DNA from: Podospora anserina
Taxonomy: Eukaryota
DNA length: 64,000 nucleotides
Direction of reading: 5' to 3'
Assembly (NCBI GenBank): GCA_017654855.1
Contig: CM030335.1
Location: 2,108,001-2,172,000 of the forward strand
This document shows, piece by piece, positions 25,845-38,025 of the stretch. Every line of letters starts with the position of its first letter. The stretch's first letter is position 1. The notes beneath the pieces are model-generated. The model saw nothing but the letters and a program-made list of their open reading frames with translations, ran no database searches and was not told the origin of the DNA. The position numbers and the translations under genes were made by a program.

Positions 25845-27353
25845 TCACACAGACAGAGCCTTGAGGAGCTCCTCTTCCAGAATCAGCCCAGGCTTTCCCC
25901 CTCTGCTGCCGTCCTCTGTAAACAATGCTTTGGCTCCCTCCCCTTCCTTCCAAGCCCACTTTTCCTTGAACTCGGGTGGACAGTTTCGCTGGATGCAGTC
26001 CACAATCTTATCGCCAATGACGGGGAGGAACTTGAAGGCGTGGCCACTGTCTCCTGTCGCGACAAAGAGATTTTTCCAGTGAGGATGGTAGTCGATGAGG
26101 AAGTCGGCCGTCCGGGTATCAGAATACCAGCATAGTCTCGTCTTGGTGAAGGGACGGTCTACCAACCCAGGCAGCGGCGTCATCTCTCGGAGAGCAGCAC
26201 GAAGGTCGGTTTCCCCCTCTGCTGGGATGACGAGGTCGGGGTCATGCAACGATGTCCGGGGGATCGAGACGAGGCAGTTGCTTGTGGCAGTTGGCGAGAC
26301 GGGAAGGGGAGGGAAATGTACAGTTCGTGGGTTGGTATAACCGTAGGCATGGCGAGCTACCTTGAGGACCCGGTTGGTTGGTGGAATGATGAAGAGACCG
26401 CTGGAGAGGTTGAGGATGACGGGCATCTTGCCGAGGATCTCTTGCTCCTCTTCGGTGATGTTGAGGTACCCCAAGACTTGGCCCGTGGCGACAGCCTGGC
26501 CGTCAAGGTCGACAAAGCTTCCTGTCCATGCCCCTGCTGCCACCATGACCAGGTCCGCGGTCAAGACGCGTTGGTCTTGTAGCCTCACTCCTGTCACACC
26601 GGTGTCATCGTGCTCCAGAGACTCCACTGTGCCAGCAATGAAGTTGACGCGTCCGGTTTGTCTGACTTGCTCGTAGAGCCATGCCATCGACGCGCCGGCG
26701 TCTGTCCAGCCGCTGTTGTAGTTGATGTATCCCCAAGCTCCAGAGCTGCCACCGGTCCCGAGAACCTCGCAGATCGCGTCGGCGTTCGGGAGCTCTCGGA
26801 TGCGCTCGGCGAGCATTGGGTCACGAGAGGCCAGAGATGAAACGTTCTCCCAGCTCTTGCGGGCATAATCCATGCCGGTTAGCTTCTTGTGGGAAGACTC
26901 ACTCGCGCCACCCTCTACGGGAGGGTCCGCGACTGGCGCGGCAGAGGTGGCATCGCCGACGACGAGGAGACCTGTTTCGTGGTAACGACCCTGGGCGCCG
27001 AGATCAGTGGGCTTGTCTTGTTGTCGCCATATCAGCTGAGCTTCATCGCACAGAGCGGCATACGCGTGGTCGGCGTAGTCTGCCCTGACAATGCGGCTCG
27101 TGTCAATGGACGCGGCATCGGGGGATGGGAATGTAGACTGAGAGGAGGGGTCGGACCTGTCAATGACAGTTATGGAGGTGTTGATGAACTCATGGCGACG
27201 AGTGAGAGCATAGGCTGTGGAGAGGCCAAAGAGACCCGAGCCAACAATGAGAATGGAGGACGGGGGGTTCGTGTTGTTCTTGTTGTTGTTGTTGGTGGTG
27301 GTTGTGGTGGTGGTGGTGGAAGAGGAAGAATGTTGAGGAAGGGAAGAAGTCAT
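25845..27353 (-). CDS. FAD-dependent oxidoreductase, sarcosine/L-pipecolate/fructosyl-amine oxidase family
   Basis: ILIVGSGLFGLSTA Rossmann motif, AASIDTSRIVRADY, RLCWYSDT (flavinylation Cys), ATGDSGHAFKFLPVIG. Confidence 0.9.
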   Translation of the reverse strand: MTSSLPQHSSSSTTTTTTTTNNNNKNNTNPPSSILIVGSGLFGLSTAYALTRRHEFINTSITVIDRSDPSSQSTFPSPDAASIDTSRIVRADYADHAYAALCDEAQLIWRQQDKPTDLGAQGRYHETGLLVVGDATSAAPVADPPVEGGASESSHKKLTGMDYARKSWENVSSLASRDPMLAERIRELPNADAICEVLGTGGSSGAWGYINYNSGWTDAGASMAWLYEQVRQTGRVNFIAGTVESLEHDDTGVTGVRLQDQRVLTADLVMVAAGAWTGSFVDLDGQAVATGQVLGYLNITEEEQEILGKMPVILNLSSGLFIIPPTNRVLKVARHAYGYTNPRTVHFPPLPVSPTATSNCLVSIPRTSLHDPDLVIPAEGETDLRAALREMTPLPGLVDRPFTKTRLCWYSDTRTADFLIDYHPHWKNLFVATGDSGHAFKFLPVIGDKIVDCIQRNCPPEFKEKWAWKEGEGAKALFTEDGSRGGKPGLILEEELLKALSV

Positions 27354-27919
27354 GGCGGGAGAATAATAACCGTGACAAAGTTGAAGCGAGCCCAAACTTT
27401 AATTACGCAGCCGAGACAGCTGGCAACACGTGCACGAGACTCTTTTCGAGAGCAAGGGCTGGGCTGTCCACAGAGGTAGGGAAAGGGATGCCGATCTAAA
27501 TCGATTCACTGAGGATTTAAGTATTCAGATAGAAAGGGAAAAGCCATGCTCTTTGGGCATAGATGTATCTTCTGTTGAACTCTCTTGACCCCGCTGCGGT
27601 TTATCTCGGGATTTGATATCTTGACATGGTTCTCCGTAAGTTGCCACATGCGGTTAGACTACGCCCTTTATACTGGTCCTCCACTTCCATGATTCCGCCC
27701 TCATGATGTTTTGGTCTTATCTTGATGCCCAATCACCGGTCTGCTCCAGCGAGGGCAAGATGTGTTACAAACCAGCCTTCAAGGTGCTTGGAGTTTGTGC
27801 ACGGGCCAAGCAACGCCAAGCCAGGAACGCTATGACCGTTGCCGTCAAGGTGCCGCCGTCTTTGTCTTCGCAAACAACCGTCTTTCGTCAAACAGCAATG
27901 CTTGAGCAAAACGCGAAAC

Positions 27920-30193
27920 ATGTCGAACAACAACATTGCCGAATTTCCTGATGTTCAGGCCAAACTCCAACAGCCAAAGGAAAAGTCAGCATTCGAGAGA
28001 CAAAAAGCAGAGATCGAGGCGAAGCGCCTGCGCGAAGAGGCCGAGACGGCAGCTGCCCTTGCCGAATTCCAAAAGGAATTTGGAGGCGACGACGAAGAGG
28101 ATAAGCTTCCTCGAGGCTCTCACCAGACATCGAGATTTGGGAATGGCCCGCCCACTCGACCAGCTTTCAACAGCCCGTCACCTTTTGGAGGTGGTGCAGG
28201 CAAGCGACATTTCGGCCTTCCTTCGGGGCCCTCGTTGAAGAGTGGTCCTGGGAGTTTGGGACCTCCTCCGCCATCATACGGCAAGAAGCGAACGTTTGAT
28301 GGGTTTCAGCAGGACCGAGATCGAGAGAGGGGACGAAACTGGGATAGGTCGGGCTTCGAAGATCGAGAGGCGGGATCCTTGACCGTGTCCAAAGCTTTCG
28401 AGGCCAGTGATGATGAAGGGGAGACAACGGCTGTTTCTGGCCGTGCCGAGGAGAAGGCGGCTTCGAGACCTACCCTACGTTTGTCCAACTTGCCACCAGG
28501 CAGATCACCGGCATTCATCAAGTCTCTGATACCGGCAAACTTGACTGTGGAGGATGTCAAGATCGTGCCACCAGCGGGACCGACCGGTGCTGACCGTGGC
28601 ACGGAGAGAAAGTCGGTATCAGCGATAGTTACGCTGTCAAAGGAAACCCCTGCTGCTGAAATTGATGCCGCAGTCAGCGCGCTGCAGAATCGCTATCTGG
28701 GCTTCGGTTTTTTCCTTTCTTTGCACAGACATCTCTCCTCGGCCGCCATTGCGTCAGGGCTTACAGCTCTGCACCCTTCGACCTCAGTGGTATCATACCC
28801 ATTTGGGGCGAAGAAGGTCGAGGAAAGTTCGAGGCCGCATGGCTCACATTCGGTGAGCTCCCACCGTGGCTATGCGCCTCCTACCCACTATGGCCCTCCC
28901 ATGGGTGGTTCCGTCAACCGAAGTGGTATCCTCCACGTTCCTGTCAGCCCGCCACGGGATATCAAACAACTTCGCATGATACACAAAGTCATCGAGTCGG
29001 TCCTGGAGCATGGGCCACAGCTGGAGGCCCTCCTTATGTCTCGCCCGGATGTGCAACAAGAGGAAAAATGGGCATGGCTATGGGATGCGCGCAGTGAGGG
29101 TGGTATCTGGTACCGCTGGAGGTTGTGGGAAATCGTGACGGGTTTGCAGTCCACAGACAAGGTCAAGTATTGGCCATTGTTTGAGGGAAGCCATGCCTGG
29201 AAAGCACCAGCACAACGGCTTGCCTACGAATATGTCACAGGTGTCGATGAGTTTGTCTCAGAGCCCGAGTATGATTCTTCTGAAGATGAGGATTTCGATG
29301 ACGAGCAGGGTCGACAGGGCGAGCACAACGAGCAGGAGGATACATTCTTAAACCCCATTGAAAAGTCAAAGCTGTCCCACTTGTTGTCTCGACTACCAAC
29401 AACAACAACCAAGATCAGGAAAGGAGACATTGCGCGCATAGCAACATTTGCCATCACGCACGCCAGCCGAGGAGCCGATGAAGTTGTCGAAATGATTGTG
29501 TCCAACATCGAGCAACCATTCGCATATACCTCGGCCAATCCAGACTACAAACGTGATGGGAAAGAGAAGGACGAGGGCTCGCGCGATGCCTCTCCTGCTC
29601 CAGAAGACAAACTTGGATCCGGTGGACTTGACACTAGCGCAGCGTCACTTCTCGGCCTTTATGTGGTCAGTGACATTTTGTCCTCTTCATCCACCAGCGG
29701 CATCCGCCATGCATGGCGGTATCGTCAATTATTCGAGAACGCGCTTCGAGCCCACAAGACGTTTGAGAAGCTGGGAATGGTGGTGGATAAGCTAGGCTGG
29801 GGACGGATCCGGGCCGACAGGTGGAAGCGCGCCGTAGAACTGGTGCTAAGCCTCTGGGAGAGTTGGTGCGTGTTCCCGGTTGAAACCCACGAGTATTTCG
29901 TCAACAGTTTCAACAACCCACCAGCTCTGAAGAAGCCGGTGGACGTTGGCGGAACAGAGCAAAAGGCGGGCAAATGGAAGCCAGTGGAGACAGAAGCTGG
30001 CGCAAAAGAGAAGGACAACGGCTTTTTGCCGATCTCGACAAAGCTATCGACTGACCAGGACGACGAAAATGACCACTACTTGGAGGATGTTTTAGAATCT
30101 CGTGATGGTGATGTCGAGCTCCAGTCACCCTACATGTACTACACCTCGGTGCTGGATGAGTTCTCTGACCTGGACCTCGACGGTGTCCCATAT

Positions 30194-30225
<32 letters not shown>

Positions 30226-30394
30226 TGGGGTCAGCGGAGATGTGAGCATGCCGCAACCGACAATGACAGAGCCACCAGCAGATAAGGTGGAAACCAAGAT
30301 CATAGGAGGCTTTTCCATGTCGGCGGCGAAGGCTGCGCCAGTGAAGAAGCGGATGCGTGCAGTGGACATGTTTGCGGGGTCTGACTCTGATTAG
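27920..30394 (+). CDS. U2 snRNP-associated SURP/CID protein (SR140/U2SURP-like)
   Basis: KSAFERQKAE..REEAETAAALAEFQKEF, RRM-like TLRLSNLPP, SURP-like MIHKVIESVLEHGPQLEALLM..WYRWRLW, CID-like LYVVSDILS..WRYRQLFE..LWESWCVF. Confidence 0.85.
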
Positions 30395-32707
30395 ACGGCC
30401 ACCTGAGAAACGGAGGCGTATCTGGGGAAGATAAGATTAGATCGCCAAGAGATCAAAGTGCCCTTTTGACTTGGCCCCTATATCCATAACAGCCGCCGCC
30501 GCCACGCCACCCACATCACATCGTCAGGTCTCAAGCGTGAATGCAAAGGGCAAAGGGCAAAGGGAAAATAGGCAATGCTCGGCGGTGCTGGGCGGTGCTA
30601 CCCACCCACGTCTCGCGTAACATTATGCGAGGCATTCGCTATCCACGGGGTTGGGACAGGAATGGGCGGCAGAGGAACGGCACTATTGGGGTTGGGTTCA
30701 TGCGTTCGGCTCACACCAAGCACCAAGTCACGCAAGTCTACGAATAGGTGAACGAGTTTGGAGGGAGGCAATCACAGCAAGCATGGCAAGGTAGTACTCG
30801 ACAGTCAGAGGGCGTCTCCCAAAAGGGCCAATTACTAAATGCGTAGAGCAGATCCCGCGCAGTCCCCCAACCTGCCCGCTCCTTGGCTGTTGGGTTGCGT
30901 TCCATCAAGCCATGCACGCCATGTTGGAGAGAAGATAGTAAAAAGTTTGTCTAGCTTAGGGCTTAAGGTATGTTGTGCACCTGTCATGCGGCGTTGCCAT
31001 CCCATCTTGTGGTGTGGATGGATGATTGTGGTGCACGTGAGAGAGTGTCGGGCGTGGTTATCTCGAGTTTATTATTCTCTTTGATGATGAACGCGGCGGA
31101 GATGGCTGACATGCTTTGGGTGTGTACGTACCTATTTCAAAAGACCCGAGCGTAGTCACCATCTTTATTACACGGTACATAGAAGTGTCCCTTGGCTACG
31201 AGGCTGGACCAACGTGGGTGGTGGTTATATTGCTGACTAAAAACTTGCGCACCCCACTTTTGGCACCTTCCCATCTCAAGCCATGGCCACCCACCTACCC
31301 ACCCATATCTGCAAGAGCGAAGGTTGTTTTTCATCAAGACCCGGGGAAAGGCCCCTGACCCCCAAGAAAGGACGTGCTGTGGCCTGGAGTAGCGATGGCT
31401 GCAAATGCTACCTTGGAGAATTCTGAGCTGTGACAGGTGACAGTTGTGATGAATGTCGAGACGAAAACCTTCCAAAGCCCAGTTGTTTCCGGCATTCTCC
31501 ACCCGTGCCTCTTCCTCAGGAAACTCAACCGACTCCAGCTTGTTGCAACCTACACCACCTCTACACAGCACAGTCACAATCCAAGCCCCCCGGCAGCCCA
31601 GTAGCAGCAGCCTCCATCTCCGCCCTACCTCGCTCAGTTCCGGCCCGGCCCTCCCCTCGTCCCAGGTCCAGCAGCAGCTCCGAGCAAAGCTGTGTGTGCT
31701 ACCTACTACCTCGATAGCTCACCGGCATATTCCATCTCTCACTCACCTTTGCAGAGACACAAGCTCCAGCAGAACCACCGGCGCTGGCCCTAGAATGGCG
31801 TGACCCTGGGACCTGGATTTGTTCTTCTTTTTATTTTATTTTATGCTTCTCTTCTTTGTCGGCTCTGCTACCATCGACCACCGTTCCATCCCTTCGGCTC
31901 AACTCTGACTGCCGAGCCAGCTCTGGTACCTCCGTCCACCTTCCACCGCCAAAACCCAACAAGCAAAAAGCCCCGTGCCTGTGCCTAAGCTGCGGGCCAG
32001 CGCCGCTGACATCGCGTGCCAGTTGGAGGGGGACCTCTGAATGTTGGAGCTGCTGACGGGACAGACTAAACCCGCTCGGACTTTCCACAAATCTGTGGAC
32101 GTCCTTTCTCTCTCTCTCCAGGTCCGCTGAGTCGCCTGTACAAGATTCGTCCAGAGTCCTGACTGACTCTTGTCAACCTCAACCGTCGACGGCTTGACAG
32201 TTCGTCTTATTTTCCGTCTCGATATTCTCACGGACGGTTTCCTTCATCTTCGTCCCACCGCTTGCTGGCCTCGAGGGTCTGTCGGTTTCAGCTCTTGGGG
32301 TGTCTAGAACGTTGAGAGAGCCTCAAGCACACGGTGTCGATCTTTTCGGTCTCTTCACCTGTGGCGATACAGCGCGCGTTATAAACAGGAAACTCCGCTC
32401 TCCTGAACCAGACCTCGGCAGCATCCGACAAGTCTTGTACCATCCGACCACACAGAAGCTCTCGGTTGCTTCAGCCAAAGCACTGGCGATAACCTCTCTC
32501 CATTCGACGCATTGCTCGCCAGCCTTGTCACTGCCTGCGGCGGTATGAGCTGCGAGCTCGGTCTTGCTTATCCTACTCACAACATTGTCTCCAGCAGCGG
32601 CTGGGACACAGGCTCTGTCCGAAACCTTGAACGCCTCGGAAAACCTTGCTGAGCAAGAAACAGAACAGGCTTTTCCCCCTCATCTCCCTCTCAAACAAAC
32701 ACACAAG

Positions 32708-34562
32708 ATGCCCATCATAAACGGGCAAAAAATGGCCTGGTATGTCTTGCTTTTCTGTTTGTCCCGAGGTTTCCTTGCTGACGCTCATGCCTTGACATAG
32801 CGGGCCATGCATTCGCGGCCATCGCTCTACGAAATGCAACCACTATAACGAGCGGGTGATGGTGCCGGTGAGGAAGCCTGGTCGCCCCCTGAGCACCTGC
32901 CCCTGCCCACCTGGGAAACCATGTGTATGCGGCGGCGTTAGAGTTGCCATTCCGAAGAAGCAAAAGTGCCATTGTCCAGCTGGGACTGTCGACAGTGCTA
33001 CCAGTTCCGAGTTCGACCCTTCGCCAGTTGACACACCCATCTCACCAGCATCACGCACCTCTTCGAATCGAGTCACCAAGTCGGGTTCGGGGTCCAAGTC
33101 AGCCAGCCGAAGGCAATCGCTTGCGCTTGCGAACTTGGAGAGGATGGATCCCAACTCCATCAACCTGATCCCGTCGCCCAATGGAAATGGAATGATTGGG
33201 ATCACGGCCATGGTGAGCCCAAGGGACGCGACGTTTGGACATCCGATGGGGATGGTACCCATGGGACCTCGGGAGTCTTTTGTGCCTGCACCACCACCGG
33301 ATTTTGGTGGCCCAATGGGATACAATATGCCCCCAAGCATGCCGCCACACATGCCACCGCCTCACTATCCCCCGCATATTCAGATCCCGCAGCATATCAA
33401 GACGGAAAATGGCGGATTCGTGCCGATGCTGAACGGGACTTTTGTCTCGCCAGTGCCCATTCCCGCCTTTGTCGATGGCCCTCACCCACAGGGAATGCAG
33501 GCATTCAACGGGCCGCCGCCGCCACCACCTTCCAATCCTGTTCTCGAGCCATCGGCCATGTCCAAGCCGAAGGGAGGTTCGGGAGGCGGGGGCTGCTGTG
33601 GTGGTGGCAAGAAGGCACCCCAAATTCAGGCGCCTCCTCCAGTGCCGGCTCCTCTTCCTACCCCTCCTCAGCAGCAGATGCCGAACATAATGCCACCACC
33701 CCAACCACAGAACGCCCCGTCAGGCGGAGGCGGCAGCTGTTGCAGCAGCAAATCTTCGCAGCCACCCCCCATGCCCCAGATGAGCCCCAACGCTATGCAG
33801 GCACCCCCTCAGCCGGGTTTTGGTCAGGGATTCATGCCCCAGTATCAGACTCCGATCGATATCAAGATGGAAAACATGCACCACCATCAGCCATTCCAGT
33901 TTCCCGGCCAGACTGTGTTCACCTATCCCGCCGAGTATGGCTCATGGCAGATGCCCATCAACCCAGCCATCTGGCAGCAAGTTGTCTCGCGGCCGCCCAC
34001 GCAGCAGCAACACGAGACGCCTATTTCTGCCACTGCTCCCAACGGCAACAACGGTACCGTGGGCGGGAACTCTCACGAGTGCGGCTGTGGTGAGGGCTGC
34101 CAGTGTGTTGGCTGCCTGGCTCATCCGTTCAACTCGCAAATGCTTCAGTATGTGCAGAACGCCTACAGCCCCAACAGCAGCCACGGCAACAGCGGGAGCG
34201 CGGATTCCAGCGCCAATGCCAGTCCCAGCGCGAACCCTTTGAACCTAGCGAGTCCTGTGGAGATTCCCAGCGGGCCGGAGCTGCCGCCATCACACCAGAC
34301 ACAACCGCAGCCACCACCAAGGCCGAACGCGAACGAGTCTGATGGCTCGTCGAACGCGCCCGCTCCGCCGAACGAGGGATCGCCGGCTCTGTCGAACGAG
34401 GAGGAGCTGACGGCGCTGGATTACTATTTTGTCCACTTGCCCATTTCGGCTTTGTGTGGGGGGGCGTTGGACATGTGCCCTTGCGACGAGTCTTGCGAGT
34501 GTGTGGGTTGTTTGGTGCATAACACTGCGGGATTCCCTCAGGGGGATGGGGGATTCTCTTAG
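32708..34562 (+). CDS. grisea: Copper-fist transcription factor GRISEA (Mac1-like); exons 32708-32739, 32801-34562; 597 aa
   Basis: Spliced N-terminus MPIINGQKMACGPCIRGHRSTKCNH..RKPGRP (copper fist) and two CxCx3CxCx2Cx2H motifs (CGCGEGCQCVGCLAH, CPCDESCECVGCLVH). Length and single coding intron match recalled P. anserina grisea. Confidence 0.92.
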
Positions 34563-35560
34563 GTTTCTTTCAGGGATGGGTGGTTTATCGTGTGTTGAGT
34601 TTGGGTTGGCATTTTTTTTCTTTCCTTGGCTATCACTCTATTTCGAGATACCCATGGGCTGGTTGTCGGTGCTCATTTTCAGAGGGGAAAGGTAACACAG
34701 GCAAGAAAGGGGGGGAGGGGTTGATTTCGAGATTGGTGACAGCAAAAGGGGGGGTGGGCATTTGTGGCTGTGTTGAGGAGGTGATACCCTACAGTGGACA
34801 TTTGCCAGCTTCATCACAGGATTTGATGACAGCGAGAGGTGGGCGGGCATTGGCAGCTGTATCAAGGAGTTGATAACCTACAGTGAAGGGGTTGGGCAAG
34901 GTGGGTAGCGTTGTGAATAGAGCTATGGATTGTGTTGAGAAGGTGTTACACGGCTTGAGAGATAGGCACGATAGGCAAATGGAGATGGGTTGACACTGTT
35001 GATTGTCAATAGATTTTATCAGTGTGGCTTGATGATGTGCCGTGAGAGTATTTGAGTTTGATGGGGACACAAGATGCTAACTGAACTTACCTCGATTACG
35101 AACAGTTCGGGTAGGGGGCTTGGGTAGTTATGCTTGGTGGACCGTGGATGGGAAAGGTGTGGCTCTGGTTGAGATGGATGGCAGCATCTCCGTCAGGCAG
35201 CTGTCTGAGGTGTCGGAGATAAGAATGGTGGGTCGGGGTAGGGGGAAACGGAGGTTTTGTTGCACAAGGTCTTGGCGGTGCATAATTGGAAACGGAGGAG
35301 AGACGGCGTCAACAGTGGGTTGGGGGGGAGCGTTAACATTTCTTTTGGGGGAGGATGTGGAAGGGCGCACTGACAATTTGGCGCGCGGTGAGTGAGAGTC
35401 TCCGGGCAGTATATACTACCAACGACTTGGCCATCGCAAAAAAATATAGAAGAGGAATAGAGTTTTTAAAGAAGGTGGGCTTTTGTACTCGGTATTTCAG
35501 CTATCTCACTTGTGTTATTTCGGAACCAGATTGGGAAGACAACTACAAAAAGAGGACAAG

Positions 35561-36586
35561 ATGCTCAACTCGAGAACACGATCAAGATCACCTGCTCGCT
35601 CACCATCACGACGAGATGGTGACAGAGACAGGGAAAGGAGGCGTGAGAGGGAGCGTTGCAGAGAGAGGAGCCGCGATCGGGGAGATGGACACCGCTCTCA
35701 CCACCACCCCTCCCGTCACCATCACTCGTCACCACCAACATTGCCCTTCCACCGCGCCCCATTAACCAAAACCTCACTGCACTCCCACACCCAGCTCTTT
35801 CAATCCTACCTCTCCACCGTCAAGAATTTGTCTTTGGGCTCCCTCTCGGAAACGGAGGCAAAAGGCCGCTGGAAGAGTTTTACTGGAAAGTGGAACAGGG
35901 GAGAGTTGAGCGAGGAGTGGTATAACCACCCTTCTTTACCACCACCATCATCAAAGATACACACCCCTTCCTTCTCCCCTGCCCCCTCAATCCCAGAACT
36001 GAACCCCGGCACCAACAAATCCGACGATGACGACGGCGACGACGACGACGACGATGACGATGAGTACATCCCTCCTTTCCCAACCCAAAATCAAGCGCAG
36101 CAGCATGGTCGCCATGGCCCAGCAATCCCAACAAGAGATGACCTCACCCACCGCGACGAGCTGTTGGAGACGGAAAGGGGGCGCTCTCTTGATGACCACC
36201 GGTACGAGAGGAAAAATTTTAGGAAACTCCACAGGGAGCAGCTTGACGAGCTTGTTCCAAAGGCGGACCCGGGGTCGAGGGAACGGAAGCTGGAGAGGAA
36301 GAGGGAAGTGACTGAGAAGCTGAAGGGGTTCGGACAGGACAAGGAGCAGGGGGTGGAGGAGATGAACGAAGGGGATCTGATGGGTGGTGATGATGCGATC
36401 GAGGAGCTCAAGAGGATGAAGAAGTTGAGAGAGGAGAGGCAGAATCAGAGGCAGAGTCGGAGGGAGGAGGAGGAGATGCTGAGACGGCAGGAGAGGGAGG
36501 AACGGGTGAGGGGGTATAAGGAAAGGGAGGAGAGGGTGATGGAGGGGCTGAGGGGGTTGGTTAGGGAGAGGTTTGGGGGGAGTTGA
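35561..36586 (+). CDS. Conserved RS/RE-rich protein (resembles style cell-cycle inhibitor 1-like family)
   Basis: RSRSP/RDRER N-terminus, GRWKSFTGKWNRGELSEEWY, LDELVPKADPGSRERKLERKRE, coiled-coil end. Family name is from recollection only. Confidence 0.75.
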   Translation: MLNSRTRSRSPARSPSRRDGDRDRERRRERERCRERSRDRGDGHRSHHHPSRHHHSSPPTLPFHRAPLTKTSLHSHTQLFQSYLSTVKNLSLGSLSETEAKGRWKSFTGKWNRGELSEEWYNHPSLPPPSSKIHTPSFSPAPSIPELNPGTNKSDDDDGDDDDDDDDEYIPPFPTQNQAQQHGRHGPAIPTRDDLTHRDELLETERGRSLDDHRYERKNFRKLHREQLDELVPKADPGSRERKLERKREVTEKLKGFGQDKEQGVEEMNEGDLMGGDDAIEELKRMKKLREERQNQRQSRREEEEMLRRQEREERVRGYKEREERVMEGLRGLVRERFGGS

Positions 36587-36950
36587 AAGTGGGGAGGCTG
36601 TCTTTTGTGATGTCTTTTGTCGCTCTCTGTTGGGCAGTTTGATACCGGTACCATGCATCCCTTTTTGCACAGGGCAACACTGGAAATCCCATTACATGCA
36701 TAGCAGTATTATTCGACCTACCAAGGGTTCATCATGTCCCCAATGTTTCCGCCACACTTCCCAGGTTCAATATCAATCATATGCCTCCCAAAACTCCAAA
36801 TCACACACATAAAATTAACATTCACACCCCCCTTCCCTCCCAAGCTCCACTCCACGCCTATCAAATGAATTGACGCCTCCCAAAATGCAGCCAACACGTA
36901 AAAATTGCCCTTCCCACGCCCCCTATGCCTTCCAAATCCCAACTGAGGCC

Positions 36951-37541
36951 TTACAAAAACTTGACACCCAAATTCTCCTCCCCCCCCAACGTCTGCGCCC
37001 TCCCCTTTTTGACCAGCACACCCACCGCCTTGACCAGCAACTCCTGATCCAAACCCCAGAACTCTGTCACGCTGTCAGCCACGACCCTTTCTGCTACCCA
37101 TCATCAGAAACTCACCGGACCCCCTCGTCCCCTCCCCCTCAGCCAACTCATAAACAGTCACCACCCCACCCTTATTCCCCGTCTCGTCAGCCCACCGCTC
37201 CAACAACCCCGCCCACTCCTCCGGCGTTCTCCAGTACACCCAGGCCAGATCCCCTTCTTTACCTCCATACCACTCCGCCCTCCCTTGTCGTTTCATAAAA
37301 TCGATCATCTCCCTCATGTAAGAGACTTCCAGCCGCCGGTTGATTGTTTCGTTGTTGAAGAGGGGGTAGATAACCGATGCAGGGGAAGTGGTCGCATCGG
37401 AGAGGGAGATGCGGTAGAGCTTGTGGTGTCGACAATAGGCCAAGATGAGGGAAGACCACTTGGAGAGCTGGGCGTGCCGGGTCGAGAGGTTGATTTGAGG
37501 GGTGAAGAAGGGGGGGAAGGAGTGCTCTTTTGGGAAGGTGA

Positions 37542-37580
<39 letters not shown>

Positions 37581-37596
37581 GGGGGCTGGTGGTCAT
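36951..37596 (-). CDS. VPS25: ESCRT-II subunit Vps25; exons 37596-37116, 37063-36951
   Basis: FTFPKEHSFPPFFTPQ..WSSLILAYC..LFNNETINRRL..VYWRTPEEWA; spliced end EFWGLDQELLVKAVGVLVKKGRAQ..GVKFL*. Confidence 0.95.
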
Positions 37597-38025
37597 GATG
37601 GGAAGGTGTTTGGCTGCTGTAGATAAGTCCTGGTTTGGATTGGTTAGATGAGTGTAAAGGAAAAAGAGAATGGGTGATGTTGGTTGTTGATGAGATGGGA
37701 AATGTATATGGGATGGGTTGGTGTGAAAGTGGTGGTGGGGTTGGATGGATGGAATAAAGAGTGCCAAGACCTTGTGCCTTGCATGGCGGGGGGTTGTGGT
37801 TCTTCTGACTGGACCGTCAAGGTTCACATCATGAAGATGGGAAAAGCTTGTCGTAAGCAGCAGTAGGTAGACTTTTGATATTCATCAGGATAACAAAAGT
37901 AAAAAAAATAATAAAAAATAAAAATCCCACACGGTATATCCTGATCCCTGACCATATCCTACTCCTAACCCATAGACCAACAACATCCGTAAAATAAAAC
38001 TCGACCAAAAAAAAACACAAAAAAA

